42,522 bases of DNA. Source: Candidatus Eiseniibacteriota bacterium. GTDB taxonomy: Bacteria > Arandabacterota > Arandabacteria > Arandabacterales > Arandabacteraceae. Below the pieces are notes generated by a model that had not been told where the DNA came from, searched no databases, and was given only the letters and a program-made list of their open reading frames with translations. Both the position numbers and the translations under genes were made by a program. Below are positions 9,301 through 18,988 of the stretch, one piece after another (within the stretch, counting starts at the first letter, position 1; each line of letters starts with the position of its first letter). The stretch is from assembly GCA_043810925.1 (NCBI GenBank), contig JBDRNT010000081.1:1-42522 (forward strand), written 5' to 3'.

Positions 9301-10011
9301 ATGTTTGCTAAGGTAATAGGACTTGCAAGTCTTATCACAGTTCTCTGCATAGGTTGGGCGTTCGCGATCGTGGTCGATGGGGTTAACGATTTCGCACCTG
9401 CGGATCTAATCGATCCCGATGGTGGTGATACTGAGCATGCGCCGCTCGATATCGGCGATGTCTATGCTGCATGGGACGATACGGCCATCTACCTGGGCTA
9501 TGGTCACGATCAGGATGGCTGGACCGGTGTTCAGGTCGGTATCGCTATCATGCTCCCTCTCGAGGCGGGCGGTACTACCGACCCGTGGGGACATGCGATA
9601 GGCTTCACGGGCGCGTGTTATCCCAAGTTCATCGCATACATGAACATCGATTCACAGTGGGCCGAGTGGTGTGTGTGGAACGGATCCGATTGGGACCGGA
9701 CTCCCAGCATTCTCAACTGGATGGTAACCACCACATTCGATGAGATCGCGCTTCCGTACACACTCCTGGGTATAGATTGTTCTCTCTTCAGCCAGGTCTT
9801 TTTCGAGATCTGGGTGACCCAGGACGGGGGTACCAAGGGACCGTTTGATCTCAGCTACAACGATGATCTGCAGCTGAGCACGGTGCCGGGCGGTACGATC
9901 TGGGATATCACCGAGCCGGTGTTGATTTCCTGCTATCACTGTTTGGAGCTTCATGAGCCCAGCGCAACCGATGCTTCGACGTGGGGTGGTATTAAGAGAC
10001 TGTACAGATAA
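9301..10011 (+). CDS. Secreted hypothetical protein, possibly DOMON/CBM9-like, with C-terminal TWGGIKRLYR tail
   Basis: RBS AAAGGAGG before ATG 9301, signal peptide ending AFA, acidic Trp-rich body, tail PSATDASTWGGIKRLYR. Confidence 0.75.
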   Translation: MFAKVIGLASLITVLCIGWAFAIVVDGVNDFAPADLIDPDGGDTEHAPLDIGDVYAAWDDTAIYLGYGHDQDGWTGVQVGIAIMLPLEAGGTTDPWGHAIGFTGACYPKFIAYMNIDSQWAEWCVWNGSDWDRTPSILNWMVTTTFDEIALPYTLLGIDCSLFSQVFFEIWVTQDGGTKGPFDLSYNDDLQLSTVPGGTIWDITEPVLISCYHCLELHEPSATDASTWGGIKRLYR

Positions 10012-10032
10012 GTAAGTCCGCTTTAATGGGTG

Positions 10033-10060
10033 AGGGGGAGCAACCGCTCCCCCTTTTTTT
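10033..10060 (+). terminator. Rho-independent terminator
   Basis: AGGGGGAGC-AACC-GCTCCCCCT stem-loop followed by a T-run, about 20 nt after the stop codon. Confidence 0.9.
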
Positions 10061-10075
10061 GTTCCCCCCGCTTGC

Positions 10076-10951
10076 CTAGGAAAGAGTCACGATCAATATG
10101 CCGGCGATCGCCATTGCGGATGCTAATATTTTGCGGTGCGTCATTGGCTCCTTTAGCAGCAGGGTGGCAAGGAGCAGAATGAATATCGTGCTCGACTGAT
10201 TGAGGATTGCAGCGATCCCGGTCAGCGTGTACTTCATACCCGCGATCCACGCGATGAGCGCAAGATATGATCCGAGTATGGTTGCAGGCAGTGAGAAGCG
10301 CCAGGACCGTGAGGGCTTAAACACCGAGAAGAACTCACGCCGGCGACGAGATATGAGAGCTATGGGAAGCAGGATGCCGAGTGACCCCACCTGGCGCACC
10401 GCAGTCGCCCAGAGGACAGGCGAACGGTTGAGTACGGGTTTGGCGATGATGATTCCGAAGGCCACGGTCGCCATTGCCAGTACGCCCCACACGACCCCGA
10501 TCACGATCATGCGTCGCGAAGCTCCCTCGGGTGGCTTGTGGCGGGCAGCGACAATGACGGCAGCAAGCACAAGCGTCATTCCCACGAAATGCCACGGCCC
10601 AAGCCGCTCCCCTATGAGCAAGAAACCCATGAGGGCCATCAGCGGTGAATAGCTGCATCCGGTTATCGCGGATACGCCTGCTCCGATCATATTGAGACTG
10701 TGGTGAAACATGGTATCCGAGACAGCGATCGCGATTATCCCGCTGGCCACGAGAATCAGGTAGTCCTTGAGGGGAGCCCCGGACAGTAGAGGCTGGCCGG
10801 CGATGAGAAATGTGACCACAAGCAGGGGTCCTGTGACAGCTACCCTGAACAGGTTGAGCGCAAACGGGGGCACGGTCTCGCCGGACTTCCTGAGGAAGAT
10901 CACGGCGATCGCCCATATCAAAGCTGCAAGTAACGAAAAGAGTTCTCCCAT
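10076..10951 (-). CDS. DMT/EamA family transporter
   Basis: About 10 hydrophobic segments in two EamA-like halves (LLIGERLG and LLLKEPM). Confidence 0.9.
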   Translation of the reverse strand: MGELFSLLAALIWAIAVIFLRKSGETVPPFALNLFRVAVTGPLLVVTFLIAGQPLLSGAPLKDYLILVASGIIAIAVSDTMFHHSLNMIGAGVSAITGCSYSPLMALMGFLLIGERLGPWHFVGMTLVLAAVIVAARHKPPEGASRRMIVIGVVWGVLAMATVAFGIIIAKPVLNRSPVLWATAVRQVGSLGILLPIALISRRRREFFSVFKPSRSWRFSLPATILGSYLALIAWIAGMKYTLTGIAAILNQSSTIFILLLATLLLKEPMTHRKILASAMAIAGILIVTLS

Positions 10952-10974
10952 ATCAGTCCGGGATTATCTCACAG

Positions 10975-13900
10975 CTACTTCAGCAGTACAATACGCTGTG
11001 TCAGTGCCCGCCTCCCGGTAGTAAGCCGGCAGAAGTAAACACCGGATGCTACCTGTCTCCCGTAGCGGTCGGTGCCGTTCCATGACACATGGTGGACACC
11101 CACGGACGCTTGAGAATCCGCCAGGACGTCAACGAGACGTCCCAGAGTATCGTAGATCTTAATGGTCACCCTCGAACCCGCATCAGCGGACGGGATCGCA
11201 TATGAGATCGCCGTTGAGAATCTGAACGGGTTCGGCCTGCCGGGATCAAGCGAGAGCCGCGCGGGCGCATCGGGCCCTTTCGGCGAATCAGGTAAGCCTG
11301 CGACATTCCAGCATGTCATCTTGGTGGTGCTTGCCTGCGTGGTGCCACTGAGGTCCTCAAGCTGGCTGCCCGGACAGCCCTCGAACTGGATCTCGTAGGT
11401 TATGTCAAAGAAACTGTCCACCGTGAAGCCGCCGGTGGGTAACTCCGTCAATGTCGCCTGGCCGGAACTCGCAAGACCGTAGTACGTGCCGGCTCTCACG
11501 ATCAACTCACAAAAGTCGGGATCACCGAACAACTCACCGCGAAGACTGTCTATCTTCACCGCAAATGTCTGGACCGAATCTCCGGGTGTCCGCGGACCTA
11601 TGTGGAACTCGCCGGAGACCGGCACATAGAGATGGCGGCTGAAGCCCAGCAGATTACCCGTCCCTGTAACGGTCCAGTCGAAGTAAGCATCGAATGTGCA
11701 TATTTCGCCGCCAAGGCTGCCACCTGATGTGTTCACAACATTGGAAAAGTCTGTGAGCGGTCCCATCAGCTCGATTGTGGTGCCCGGCGCAAGACCATCG
11801 ATTATGTACATAGGCTCAGATGCATTGCCGTAGGGACAGTCGGCCGGGAAGTCAACAGTTCCCGATCCGTTGTCAGGAGCCGAGCAGCATACGTAGCGTA
11901 TGATCATCTCACCTGCATTGGCGTACTGATACCCGTTCTCGCTTCCGTCCTCTCCAGGTACTCCGGTGTCCTTGTCCCCGTAGAGCCAGGTGCTCCCTGC
12001 ATCGCCGCTGAAACGGCAGGCAAAGTCATATTCACCTCCCGCAGGAGGTGTGATCAGCGTGGCCACATACTCATCGTTATCGCTCTCCCCTGCGGATCCA
12101 CCATCCCATCCGGGATTCGGAAGCGCCTCGAACCATGTCCAGAAACCAGGGGCAAGCGATGGGTCGCTGCCCGCCAGACCATAACCAACCTGGCCTCTCA
12201 TGACGGCAGGCATGGGATCGTTCCCCGTCGTCTTATCCGTAAGGCCTGCTATGTAGACCCGGCCGCAGACCTCCACCGCTACGCCCGGCCACTCCGAGAT
12301 CGTAAGTGGCCACTGAAGCCGGCACCAGTCAACCGCGAGCGTCGTGTCACTGCACGTCGTACGCGGGACCACGGCCTGCGTCGTTCCACTGTAGTCCTCA
12401 AGCTGGCTCGCGGGACATCCCTCGAACTGGATCTCGTAGGCGATGTCGAAGAAACTGTCGACATTGAAGTCACCGTTCGGCAGCTTGGTCAACACCGCGT
12501 ACCCGGGACTCGGCAGCCCATAGGCGTTACCCGCACGCACTATGAACTCACAGAAGTCCGGATCACCGAATAGCTGACCGTAGAGACTGTCGATCAGGAC
12601 CGGGAAACTCTGAATCGAATCACCCGGCGTCCGCGGGCCCGTGTGTATCGTCCCCGAGACCGGCACATAGAGATGCCGGCTAAAGCCCGCAAGGGCGCCC
12701 GTGCCTGTTACGGTGAGGTCAAGATACGAATCAAAGGTCTCGATCTCGCCGCCGAGACTGCCGCCGGGTGTGCTCACCACATTGGAGAAGTCCGTCAGCG
12801 GCCCCGCCAGCTCGATCGTCGTCACGGGAGGCAGGCCATTTACTATCCTCATTGGTTCGCCCGGGTGGTCGTAGGGGCAGTCGGCCGGGAAGTCCGCGGT
12901 CCCTGATCCGTTATCAGGTACGATGCAGCATGTATAAGCGACTGTCATCTTGCCCGCATTCTCAGTCTGGTAGCCGTTCTCGCTCCCGTCCTCACCCAAC
13001 ACGCCCGTAGCCTTATCACCATACAGCCAGGTCCCGCCTCCGTCGCCGGTGAAGCGATAGGCGTAGTCGTATTCACCACTCCCGGCGGGCGTGGTGAGCA
13101 AGGCCATGTACTCATCATTGCCGGGCTGCGATGCGTCATTCCAGCCGGGATTCGGTATCGCTTCGGTCCAGGTCCACGAACCCACAGCCGACGGATCGCT
13201 GTCCCGCGGGCCGTAGCCCACCTGACCACGGACGACACCCGGAACGGGATCGTTGCCCGAGGTCCTGTCCGTCACTCCGCCTACAAAGACCCGGCCGTAA
13301 ACCGTGACCCCGGTTCCCGGGTACTCCTGGATCGTGAGCGGCCACTGAAGCCGGCACCAGTCAACAGTGTAGGTGACATCATGACATGTGGTCTTGGCGG
13401 TCTGACCCTGTGTGGTGCCGTTATAATCTTCAAGCTGGCTCGCGGGACATCCCTCGAACTGGATCTCGTAGGCAATGTCGAAGAAACTGTCTACATTGAA
13501 GTCTCCGCTCGGCAATTCCGTTAGTATCGTCTGGCCTGGACTCGGCAGACCGTAAGCATTGCCCACCCGCACCTTGAGCTCACAGAAGTCCGGATCGCCA
13601 AAGAGCTCTCCACTGAGGCTGTCGATCTTCGCGGCGAATGTCTGGATCGAATCCCCAGGTGTACGCGCTGCTATGTGGATCTCACCCGAGACCGGCACAG
13701 AGAGATGCCGGTTGAAACCCGCAAGACTGCCCGTGCCCTTGACCGTCCAGTCGAAGTAGGCGTCAAACGTGCAGACCTCGCCCCCAAGGTCGCCCCCGGC
13801 CGAATTCACCACGTTGGAGAAGTCCGTGAGCGGACCCCATAACTCGATCGTGGTCCCGGCGGGAAGACCATCCAGGATGTACATAGGCTGGGCCGCATTT

Positions 13901-15078
13901 TCATAAGGACAGTCGGCCGGGAAATCGATTGTGCCGGAGCCGTTGTCGGGTTCGCTACAGCACACATTCCGGATTGTCATCTTGCCTGCGTTGGCCGTCT
14001 GGTAGCCGTTCTCGCTCCCGTCCTCTCCCATCTGGCCCGTGTCCTTGTCGCCATAGAGCCAGGTGCTGCCCGCGTCACCACTGAAACGACAGGCGAAATC
14101 ATAGGCTCCGCCCTCAGCAGGAGTGATCAGAGTCGCAGTATACTCATCATTGTCAGGCTCCCCCGCCACGCCGCCGTCCCAGCCGGGGGTCGGAAGGGCC
14201 TCAAACCATGTCCAGAGACCCGGCGCAGCCAACGGATCGCTGTCGGCGGGGCCGTAGCCCACCTGCCCGCGCACAACGGCGGGCACAGGATCGTTGCCCG
14301 TGGTCTGATCCGTGAGACCGGCTATATAGAGCCTTCCATAGACCATGACCGGACGGCCGGGCCACTCCGAGATCGTCACCGGCCACTGGAGCCGGCACCA
14401 GTCGACGGTGTAGGTGGTATCGTAGCAAGTCGTACGCGGGACCATGTCGCCGGTCGTTCCCAGGTAATCTTCGAGCTGGCTACCCGGACAGCCCTCGAAC
14501 TGGACTTCGTAGGTGATGTCGAAGAAACTGTCCACGCTGAAGTTGCCACCCGAGAGTTTCGTCAGAACTGTGTGACCGGGACTGGGCAGGCCGTATGAAT
14601 TTCCCGCTCTCACGATCAACTCACAGAAGTCAGGATCGCCAAAGAGCTGGCCGTAGAGGCTGTCCAGTTTCGCCGGAAAGCTCTGGATCGAGTCACCGGG
14701 GGTCCGGGGCCCGATGTGCATCACGCCGCTTACGGGCACCCAGAGGGTGCGGTTGAAGCCTGCAAGATCACCCGTGCCGGTGGCCGTCCAGTTTAAGTAG
14801 GCATCGAATGTGCAGATCTCGCCGCCAAGACTGCCGCCGGGCGTATTGACAACGTTTGTGAAGTCTCTCACAGGGCCCGATAGCGTAATCGTCGAACCGG
14901 CCGGTAGCCCGTTGATGATCATCATAGGTTCGTTCTGGTGGTCATACAGACAGTCGGCCGGATAGTCCACCGTCCCCGATCCGTTGTCGGGTGCAGTGCA
15001 GCACTGGGCGAGGAGGCCGGCCGGTGAAGCGGCGCTCACGCAGAAAACAACCAGCAGCGTGCAAAGTAGATTCCTCAT
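10975..15078 (-). CDS. Large secreted protein with alternating A-B-A-B-A-B-A repeats and FlgD-Ig/T9SS-like C-terminal domain
   Basis: ATG 15078 with RBS GGAGG and signal peptide. Four A units (CCxxPDNGSGT...VDSFFDI), three B units (VDWCRLQWP...NDEY...RFSGD), and C-terminal PNPF...IYDTLGR...WNG...SGVYF. Confidence 0.85.
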   Translation of the reverse strand: MRNLLCTLLVVFCVSAASPAGLLAQCCTAPDNGSGTVDYPADCLYDHQNEPMMIINGLPAGSTITLSGPVRDFTNVVNTPGGSLGGEICTFDAYLNWTATGTGDLAGFNRTLWVPVSGVMHIGPRTPGDSIQSFPAKLDSLYGQLFGDPDFCELIVRAGNSYGLPSPGHTVLTKLSGGNFSVDSFFDITYEVQFEGCPGSQLEDYLGTTGDMVPRTTCYDTTYTVDWCRLQWPVTISEWPGRPVMVYGRLYIAGLTDQTTGNDPVPAVVRGQVGYGPADSDPLAAPGLWTWFEALPTPGWDGGVAGEPDNDEYTATLITPAEGGAYDFACRFSGDAGSTWLYGDKDTGQMGEDGSENGYQTANAGKMTIRNVCCSEPDNGSGTIDFPADCPYENAAQPMYILDGLPAGTTIELWGPLTDFSNVVNSAGGDLGGEVCTFDAYFDWTVKGTGSLAGFNRHLSVPVSGEIHIAARTPGDSIQTFAAKIDSLSGELFGDPDFCELKVRVGNAYGLPSPGQTILTELPSGDFNVDSFFDIAYEIQFEGCPASQLEDYNGTTQGQTAKTTCHDVTYTVDWCRLQWPLTIQEYPGTGVTVYGRVFVGGVTDRTSGNDPVPGVVRGQVGYGPRDSDPSAVGSWTWTEAIPNPGWNDASQPGNDEYMALLTTPAGSGEYDYAYRFTGDGGGTWLYGDKATGVLGEDGSENGYQTENAGKMTVAYTCCIVPDNGSGTADFPADCPYDHPGEPMRIVNGLPPVTTIELAGPLTDFSNVVSTPGGSLGGEIETFDSYLDLTVTGTGALAGFSRHLYVPVSGTIHTGPRTPGDSIQSFPVLIDSLYGQLFGDPDFCEFIVRAGNAYGLPSPGYAVLTKLPNGDFNVDSFFDIAYEIQFEGCPASQLEDYSGTTQAVVPRTTCSDTTLAVDWCRLQWPLTISEWPGVAVEVCGRVYIAGLTDKTTGNDPMPAVMRGQVGYGLAGSDPSLAPGFWTWFEALPNPGWDGGSAGESDNDEYVATLITPPAGGEYDFACRFSGDAGSTWLYGDKDTGVPGEDGSENGYQYANAGEMIIRYVCCSAPDNGSGTVDFPADCPYGNASEPMYIIDGLAPGTTIELMGPLTDFSNVVNTSGGSLGGEICTFDAYFDWTVTGTGNLLGFSRHLYVPVSGEFHIGPRTPGDSVQTFAVKIDSLRGELFGDPDFCELIVRAGTYYGLASSGQATLTELPTGGFTVDSFFDITYEIQFEGCPGSQLEDLSGTTQASTTKMTCWNVAGLPDSPKGPDAPARLSLDPGRPNPFRFSTAISYAIPSADAGSRVTIKIYDTLGRLVDVLADSQASVGVHHVSWNGTDRYGRQVASGVYFCRLTTGRRALTQRIVLLK

Positions 15079-15218
15079 GGTTTTCCTCCATTCCATGACT
15101 CTCACCAAGACCGAATGCACTGATTCCATCTCTATACTCTGCTGCAATCCCGATTATACCGGGTTTTCACGGTTCTTTCAACTTCGAAACACGTCACCGA
15201 ATTCAATCGCAATTTCGA

Positions 15219-15314
15219 TAATTTCGGTGACACCACACTTAATTCTCTGGTAATTTCGGTGACACCATACTTAATTCCTTGGTAGTCTCGGTGACACCAT
15301 GCTTAATTCTTTGA
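15219..15314 (+). repeat. Three tandem 32-bp repeats with core AATTTCGGTGACACCATACTTAATT
   Basis: Copies at 15219-15250, 15251-15282 and 15283-15314; partial inverted fragment GTCACCGAATT at 15193-15203. Confidence 0.92.
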
Positions 15315-15404
15315 CCGTGGTCCGGTGATGTCCTAACATGACCCGGATGGCTCACTGACACTATGAGCTCGGAATCGGGGTTCTACCCAAGAGGAGGATC
15401 GGTT

Positions 15405-15581
15405 ATGCCTTTTCTGTACGTATTGTTTCTCGGTCTGTTCATAATCCCGTTCTGGAAAATCTTCTCAAAAGCAGGCTTCTCCCCACTGCTGGCGATCCTG
15501 ATGATAATTCCCATCGTGAACCTGATAATGGTCTTCTATCTGGCCTTCGCAGAGTGGCCGGCACTCAAGGGGCGGCAGTAA
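15405..15581 (+). CDS. Small two-TM membrane protein (58 aa)
   Basis: RBS GAGGAGG before ATG 15405; sequence PFWKIFSKAGF...IPIVNLI...LAFAEWP. Confidence 0.8.
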   Translation: MPFLYVLFLGLFIIPFWKIFSKAGFSPLLAILMIIPIVNLIMVFYLAFAEWPALKGRQ

Positions 15582-15604
15582 TTTAGTATGGTGTCCACGA
15601 AATT
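15580..15604 (-). repeat. Inverted copy of the 25-bp core repeat
   Basis: AATTTAGTATGGTGTCCACGAAATT matches the reverse complement of the core at 22/25 and overlaps the TAA stop of the small gene. Confidence 0.85.
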
Positions 15605-15611
15605 CTAGGCC

Positions 15612-15640
15612 TTGACTATCGGGGCGGCTTCTGGTACTTT
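15612..15640 (+). promoter_or_regulatory. Sigma70-type promoter for the tkt operon
   Basis: TTGACT (15612-15617), 17-nt spacer, extended -10 TGgTACTTT. Confidence 0.55.
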
Positions 15641-15711
15641 GTCAAGAGCCGGGGGGCTCGCCTCTGGCTTATATCATGTAATGGGGACTGTTTTCTCGGG
15701 AGGCCAGAGGC

Positions 15712-17757
15712 ATGTCTATCGTCGATTCCAAGACCGGAAAGACCACCAAAGACTATTCGATCGAAGAACTTGAGAAGGCCGCACTTCACATGCGCGGCTA
15801 CGACCTTGTTTCCCTGGCCTGCGCGGCGTCGGGACACTCAGGCGGGACGCTTTCGATAATGGACATCGCGGCCGCGTTGTATCTGAAGGTTGCTAAGCAC
15901 GACCCCAAGGTTCCCACCTGGGAGGACAGGGACAGAATTATCTGGTCGGCGGGACACAAGGCCCCGGCCCTTTACATCTCACTGGGAATGGCCGGTTACC
16001 TCCCGGTGAAACAGGTTGCTACGCTTCGCAAACTCTACGCTCCGTACCAGGGCCATCCCCACTGGCCGAAACTGCCCGGTATCGAAGCTTCAACGGGCTC
16101 GCTGGGTCAGGGACTCTCCATATCAGTTGGAATTGCACTTGCCGCCCGCCTGGACAAAAAGGACTATCACACGTTCTGCATCATGGGTGACGGCGAGCAG
16201 CAGGAAGGCCAGGTCTGGGAAGCCGCAATGGAGGCCGGCCACTTCAAACTCGATAACCTCATAGCCATCATCGACAAGAACCGGCTCCAGATCGACGGTT
16301 GGGTCGAAGAGGTCATGAACATAGATCCCATCATCGACAAGTACAAGACCTTCAACTGGAATGTGATCGAGATCGACGGTCACAACATGAAGGAGATCGT
16401 CGACGGTCTTGAAAAGGCCATGGCATTCAAGGGCAAACCCACGCTGATCGTCGCCCAGACGGTGAAGGGCAAGGGCGTGAGTTTCATGGAAAACATCGCC
16501 GGCTGGCATGGCAAGCCGCCATCCCTCAAGGAGATGGAGCAGGGTCTTAAGGAGCTGGGGATCTACGACGAGATGCCCATAAAGGAGATGTTCGATATTG
16601 CCGCGGCTCACCAGGCGAAGGCCACGAAGACGCTTGAGGCCAAGATGCCCAGCTTCAGCCGTGACTACTTCTGGAACAAGGGTGAGCGTATGAAGGCCGA
16701 CATGAACCCCACGCGAAAAGGTTTCGGCAAGGCGCTCTGTGATACCGGTGATGATGAGCGCATGGTTTGCTTGGGCGCCGATATATCGGATTCGATTACG
16801 ATCAGCCAGTTCTACAAGGGGTGCCCCGGCAGGGAGCACCGCTGGATGAGCGTGGGAATCGCCGAACAGAGCGGGACGGGCGTTGCCGCGGGCCTGGCCA
16901 AGGAAGGCAAGATACCCGTGTTCGGGACCTACGGCGTGTTCGCGTCGGGTAGGAACCTCGATCAGTTGCGAACGACCGTGTGCTACGGTAACTTCAACGT
17001 CTTCATCGCAGGCGCCCACGGCGGAGTCTCAGTGGGACCCGATGGGGCAACTCACCAGGCACTCGAGGAGCTCTTCCAGATGTGCGGTCTCCCGGGCATG
17101 ACCGTCGAGGTCCCGTGCGATTATCTTGAGACCAGGCGCGCGTCGGAATATCTGCTCTTCGAGCTCGACGGCCCCAAGTATGTCAGGTTCGCACGCGAAG
17201 CCACCCCGGTGGTCACAACCGAGGAGACACCGTGGGTGTTCGGAAAAGCCAATGTCATAAGGTATCGCGGTGAGCAGGACAACTTCCTCGATGCCTTTGA
17301 AACCGTGCTGGCATCGGATCACAAGACCGAAGACGAAGATCTGAGCATAATAGCCTGCGGACCCAGCGTGCCTGAGGCCATGCGGGCCGCATACATATTG
17401 AAAGAAGAGTTTGGTATAGAGACCCGCGTGATCAACATGCATACCGTGAAGCCGCTCGATAAGGAGGCGATCGTCAAAGCCGCCCTTGAGACCGGCATTG
17501 TAATCACCGCCGAGGAGCACCAGGTAGGCGGGTTCGGAAACCAGGCATCGGCAGTTATCAGCCAGGCCAAGGAACTCTACGGCAAACCCATCATCATGGG
17601 TATGATCGGAGTCCAGGACAGGTTCGGCGAGAGCGGCGCGCCATGGGAGCTGGTCAAGGAATTCGAGGTCAGTGCGGAACACATCGCTGCCAAGGCCAAG
17701 GAACTCTACGATTTCGCGGGCAAGCAGGCAGCAAAGGTCTCGGAGGGCGTGGACTAG
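15712..17757 (+). CDS. tkt: Transketolase (fused N- and C-terminal subunit type)
   Basis: Motifs SGHSGG, GHKAP, QGHP, TGSLGQG, TPP motif GDGE...N, GIAEQ, DGATHQ, TAEEH and DRFGESG. Confidence 0.95.
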   Translation: MSIVDSKTGKTTKDYSIEELEKAALHMRGYDLVSLACAASGHSGGTLSIMDIAAALYLKVAKHDPKVPTWEDRDRIIWSAGHKAPALYISLGMAGYLPVKQVATLRKLYAPYQGHPHWPKLPGIEASTGSLGQGLSISVGIALAARLDKKDYHTFCIMGDGEQQEGQVWEAAMEAGHFKLDNLIAIIDKNRLQIDGWVEEVMNIDPIIDKYKTFNWNVIEIDGHNMKEIVDGLEKAMAFKGKPTLIVAQTVKGKGVSFMENIAGWHGKPPSLKEMEQGLKELGIYDEMPIKEMFDIAAAHQAKATKTLEAKMPSFSRDYFWNKGERMKADMNPTRKGFGKALCDTGDDERMVCLGADISDSITISQFYKGCPGREHRWMSVGIAEQSGTGVAAGLAKEGKIPVFGTYGVFASGRNLDQLRTTVCYGNFNVFIAGAHGGVSVGPDGATHQALEELFQMCGLPGMTVEVPCDYLETRRASEYLLFELDGPKYVRFAREATPVVTTEETPWVFGKANVIRYRGEQDNFLDAFETVLASDHKTEDEDLSIIACGPSVPEAMRAAYILKEEFGIETRVINMHTVKPLDKEAIVKAALETGIVITAEEHQVGGFGNQASAVISQAKELYGKPIIMGMIGVQDRFGESGAPWELVKEFEVSAEHIAAKAKELYDFAGKQAAKVSEGVD

Positions 17758-17775
17758 GCCCCGTAGGACACTGGA

Positions 17776-18984
17776 ATGCAGAAACCAGGATCTATCGTCA
17801 CACTCATTGTGCTGTTGCTCCTGTTTGCCTGTATCCCTGCATCCGGCCAGGCCCTTGATGAGGCAGCGCTTACCGCAGATACACTGCGGACTCCCGGGCC
17901 GGAGATTTTACCGCCCACAATAGTCTCGCTTGAAGATACCCCTAATGATGCCGGCACCAGCATCGAGGTGACCTGGGCGATCTCCCCAACCGAATCCCTA
18001 TTTCCAGCGGCCGTGATAGAATATCGGATTCTGCGGGCGGCTTCGGCCGGCGGTGAATTCGAGAAGGTCGGCACCGTACCGGCCGGAACAAGCTCTTACA
18101 GTGACGACGGAACCACGCCGGGAGATCCATACTGGTACAGAATTGATGCCGTAGGAATCGATGGGGAAGTATCCTCGGCCCCTTCCGGCCCGGCACACAG
18201 CCGGATGCAGTGGTTCGACCGTGGCAGGGTCGGGGTACTTATCTTCACCGTGCTCACGTGTGTACTGGTCGTTGTCTTTATACAGGTTGCCAAGCGCAGA
18301 CCGGGAAAGGTGTTCTTGAGGAGGCTCCCGGTTTTCGATGCGATCGATGAAGCCATTGGTCGCGCAACCGAAATGGGCAAGAAGGTGCTCTACATAATGG
18401 GCGGTCTCGATGTAGACGACCCGCAGACGGTCGCAAGCATGAGCATTCTGGCAAGGGTTGCGGATAGAACGGCTACTTACGGTGCCCGAATGGACGTCCC
18501 GTGCATCTGGCCGATGGCGATGTCGATGGCAAGGGAGACGGTCAAGGAAAGCTATCTCAGGGCAGGTAAGCCCGATGAGTACGACGAAGACGAGATCTAC
18601 TATATGACTACCGACCAGTTCGGCTACGTCGCCGGGGTCGACGGTATAATGATGAGAGACCGGCCGGCCGCCAACTTCTACCTGGGCGCCTTCTACGCTG
18701 AGTCCCTGATATTCGCTGAGACAGGCTATGCGACCGGGGCGATCCAGATAGCGGGGACAGCGGAGGTCGATCAGCTCCCCTTCTTCGTGGTTGCATGCGA
18801 TTACACGTTGATCGGTGAGGAGCTTTATGCGGCGGGGGCGTCGCTCTCCGGTGACCCGGTGCAGGTCGGAAGTATAAGAGGACAGGACATCGCCAAGGCG
18901 GTGTTCTTCGTCTACATAGCTGCAGGAGTAATTCTCAAGTTGGTCGGCATAGACTGGCTCGAGCGGCTCCTGATGATCGGGTAG
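17776..18984 (+). CDS. Membrane protein: signal peptide, FN3-like domain, TM, DUF6754-like domain, TM
   Basis: FN3-like DTPNDAG..IEVTW..YRILR..YWYRIDAV, then AIDEAIGRATEMGK, FYAESLIFAE, QIAGT, QLPFFVVACDYTLIGEELYAA. Confidence 0.8.
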   Translation: MQKPGSIVTLIVLLLLFACIPASGQALDEAALTADTLRTPGPEILPPTIVSLEDTPNDAGTSIEVTWAISPTESLFPAAVIEYRILRAASAGGEFEKVGTVPAGTSSYSDDGTTPGDPYWYRIDAVGIDGEVSSAPSGPAHSRMQWFDRGRVGVLIFTVLTCVLVVVFIQVAKRRPGKVFLRRLPVFDAIDEAIGRATEMGKKVLYIMGGLDVDDPQTVASMSILARVADRTATYGARMDVPCIWPMAMSMARETVKESYLRAGKPDEYDEDEIYYMTTDQFGYVAGVDGIMMRDRPAANFYLGAFYAESLIFAETGYATGAIQIAGTAEVDQLPFFVVACDYTLIGEELYAAGASLSGDPVQVGSIRGQDIAKAVFFVYIAAGVILKLVGIDWLERLLMIG

Positions 18985-18988
18985 AGGC

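Noticed and set aside
15219-15314. CRISPR array
   Set aside because: The units are head-to-tail 32-mers with only about 7 nt of similar sequence between cores. There are no unique spacers and no cas genes.
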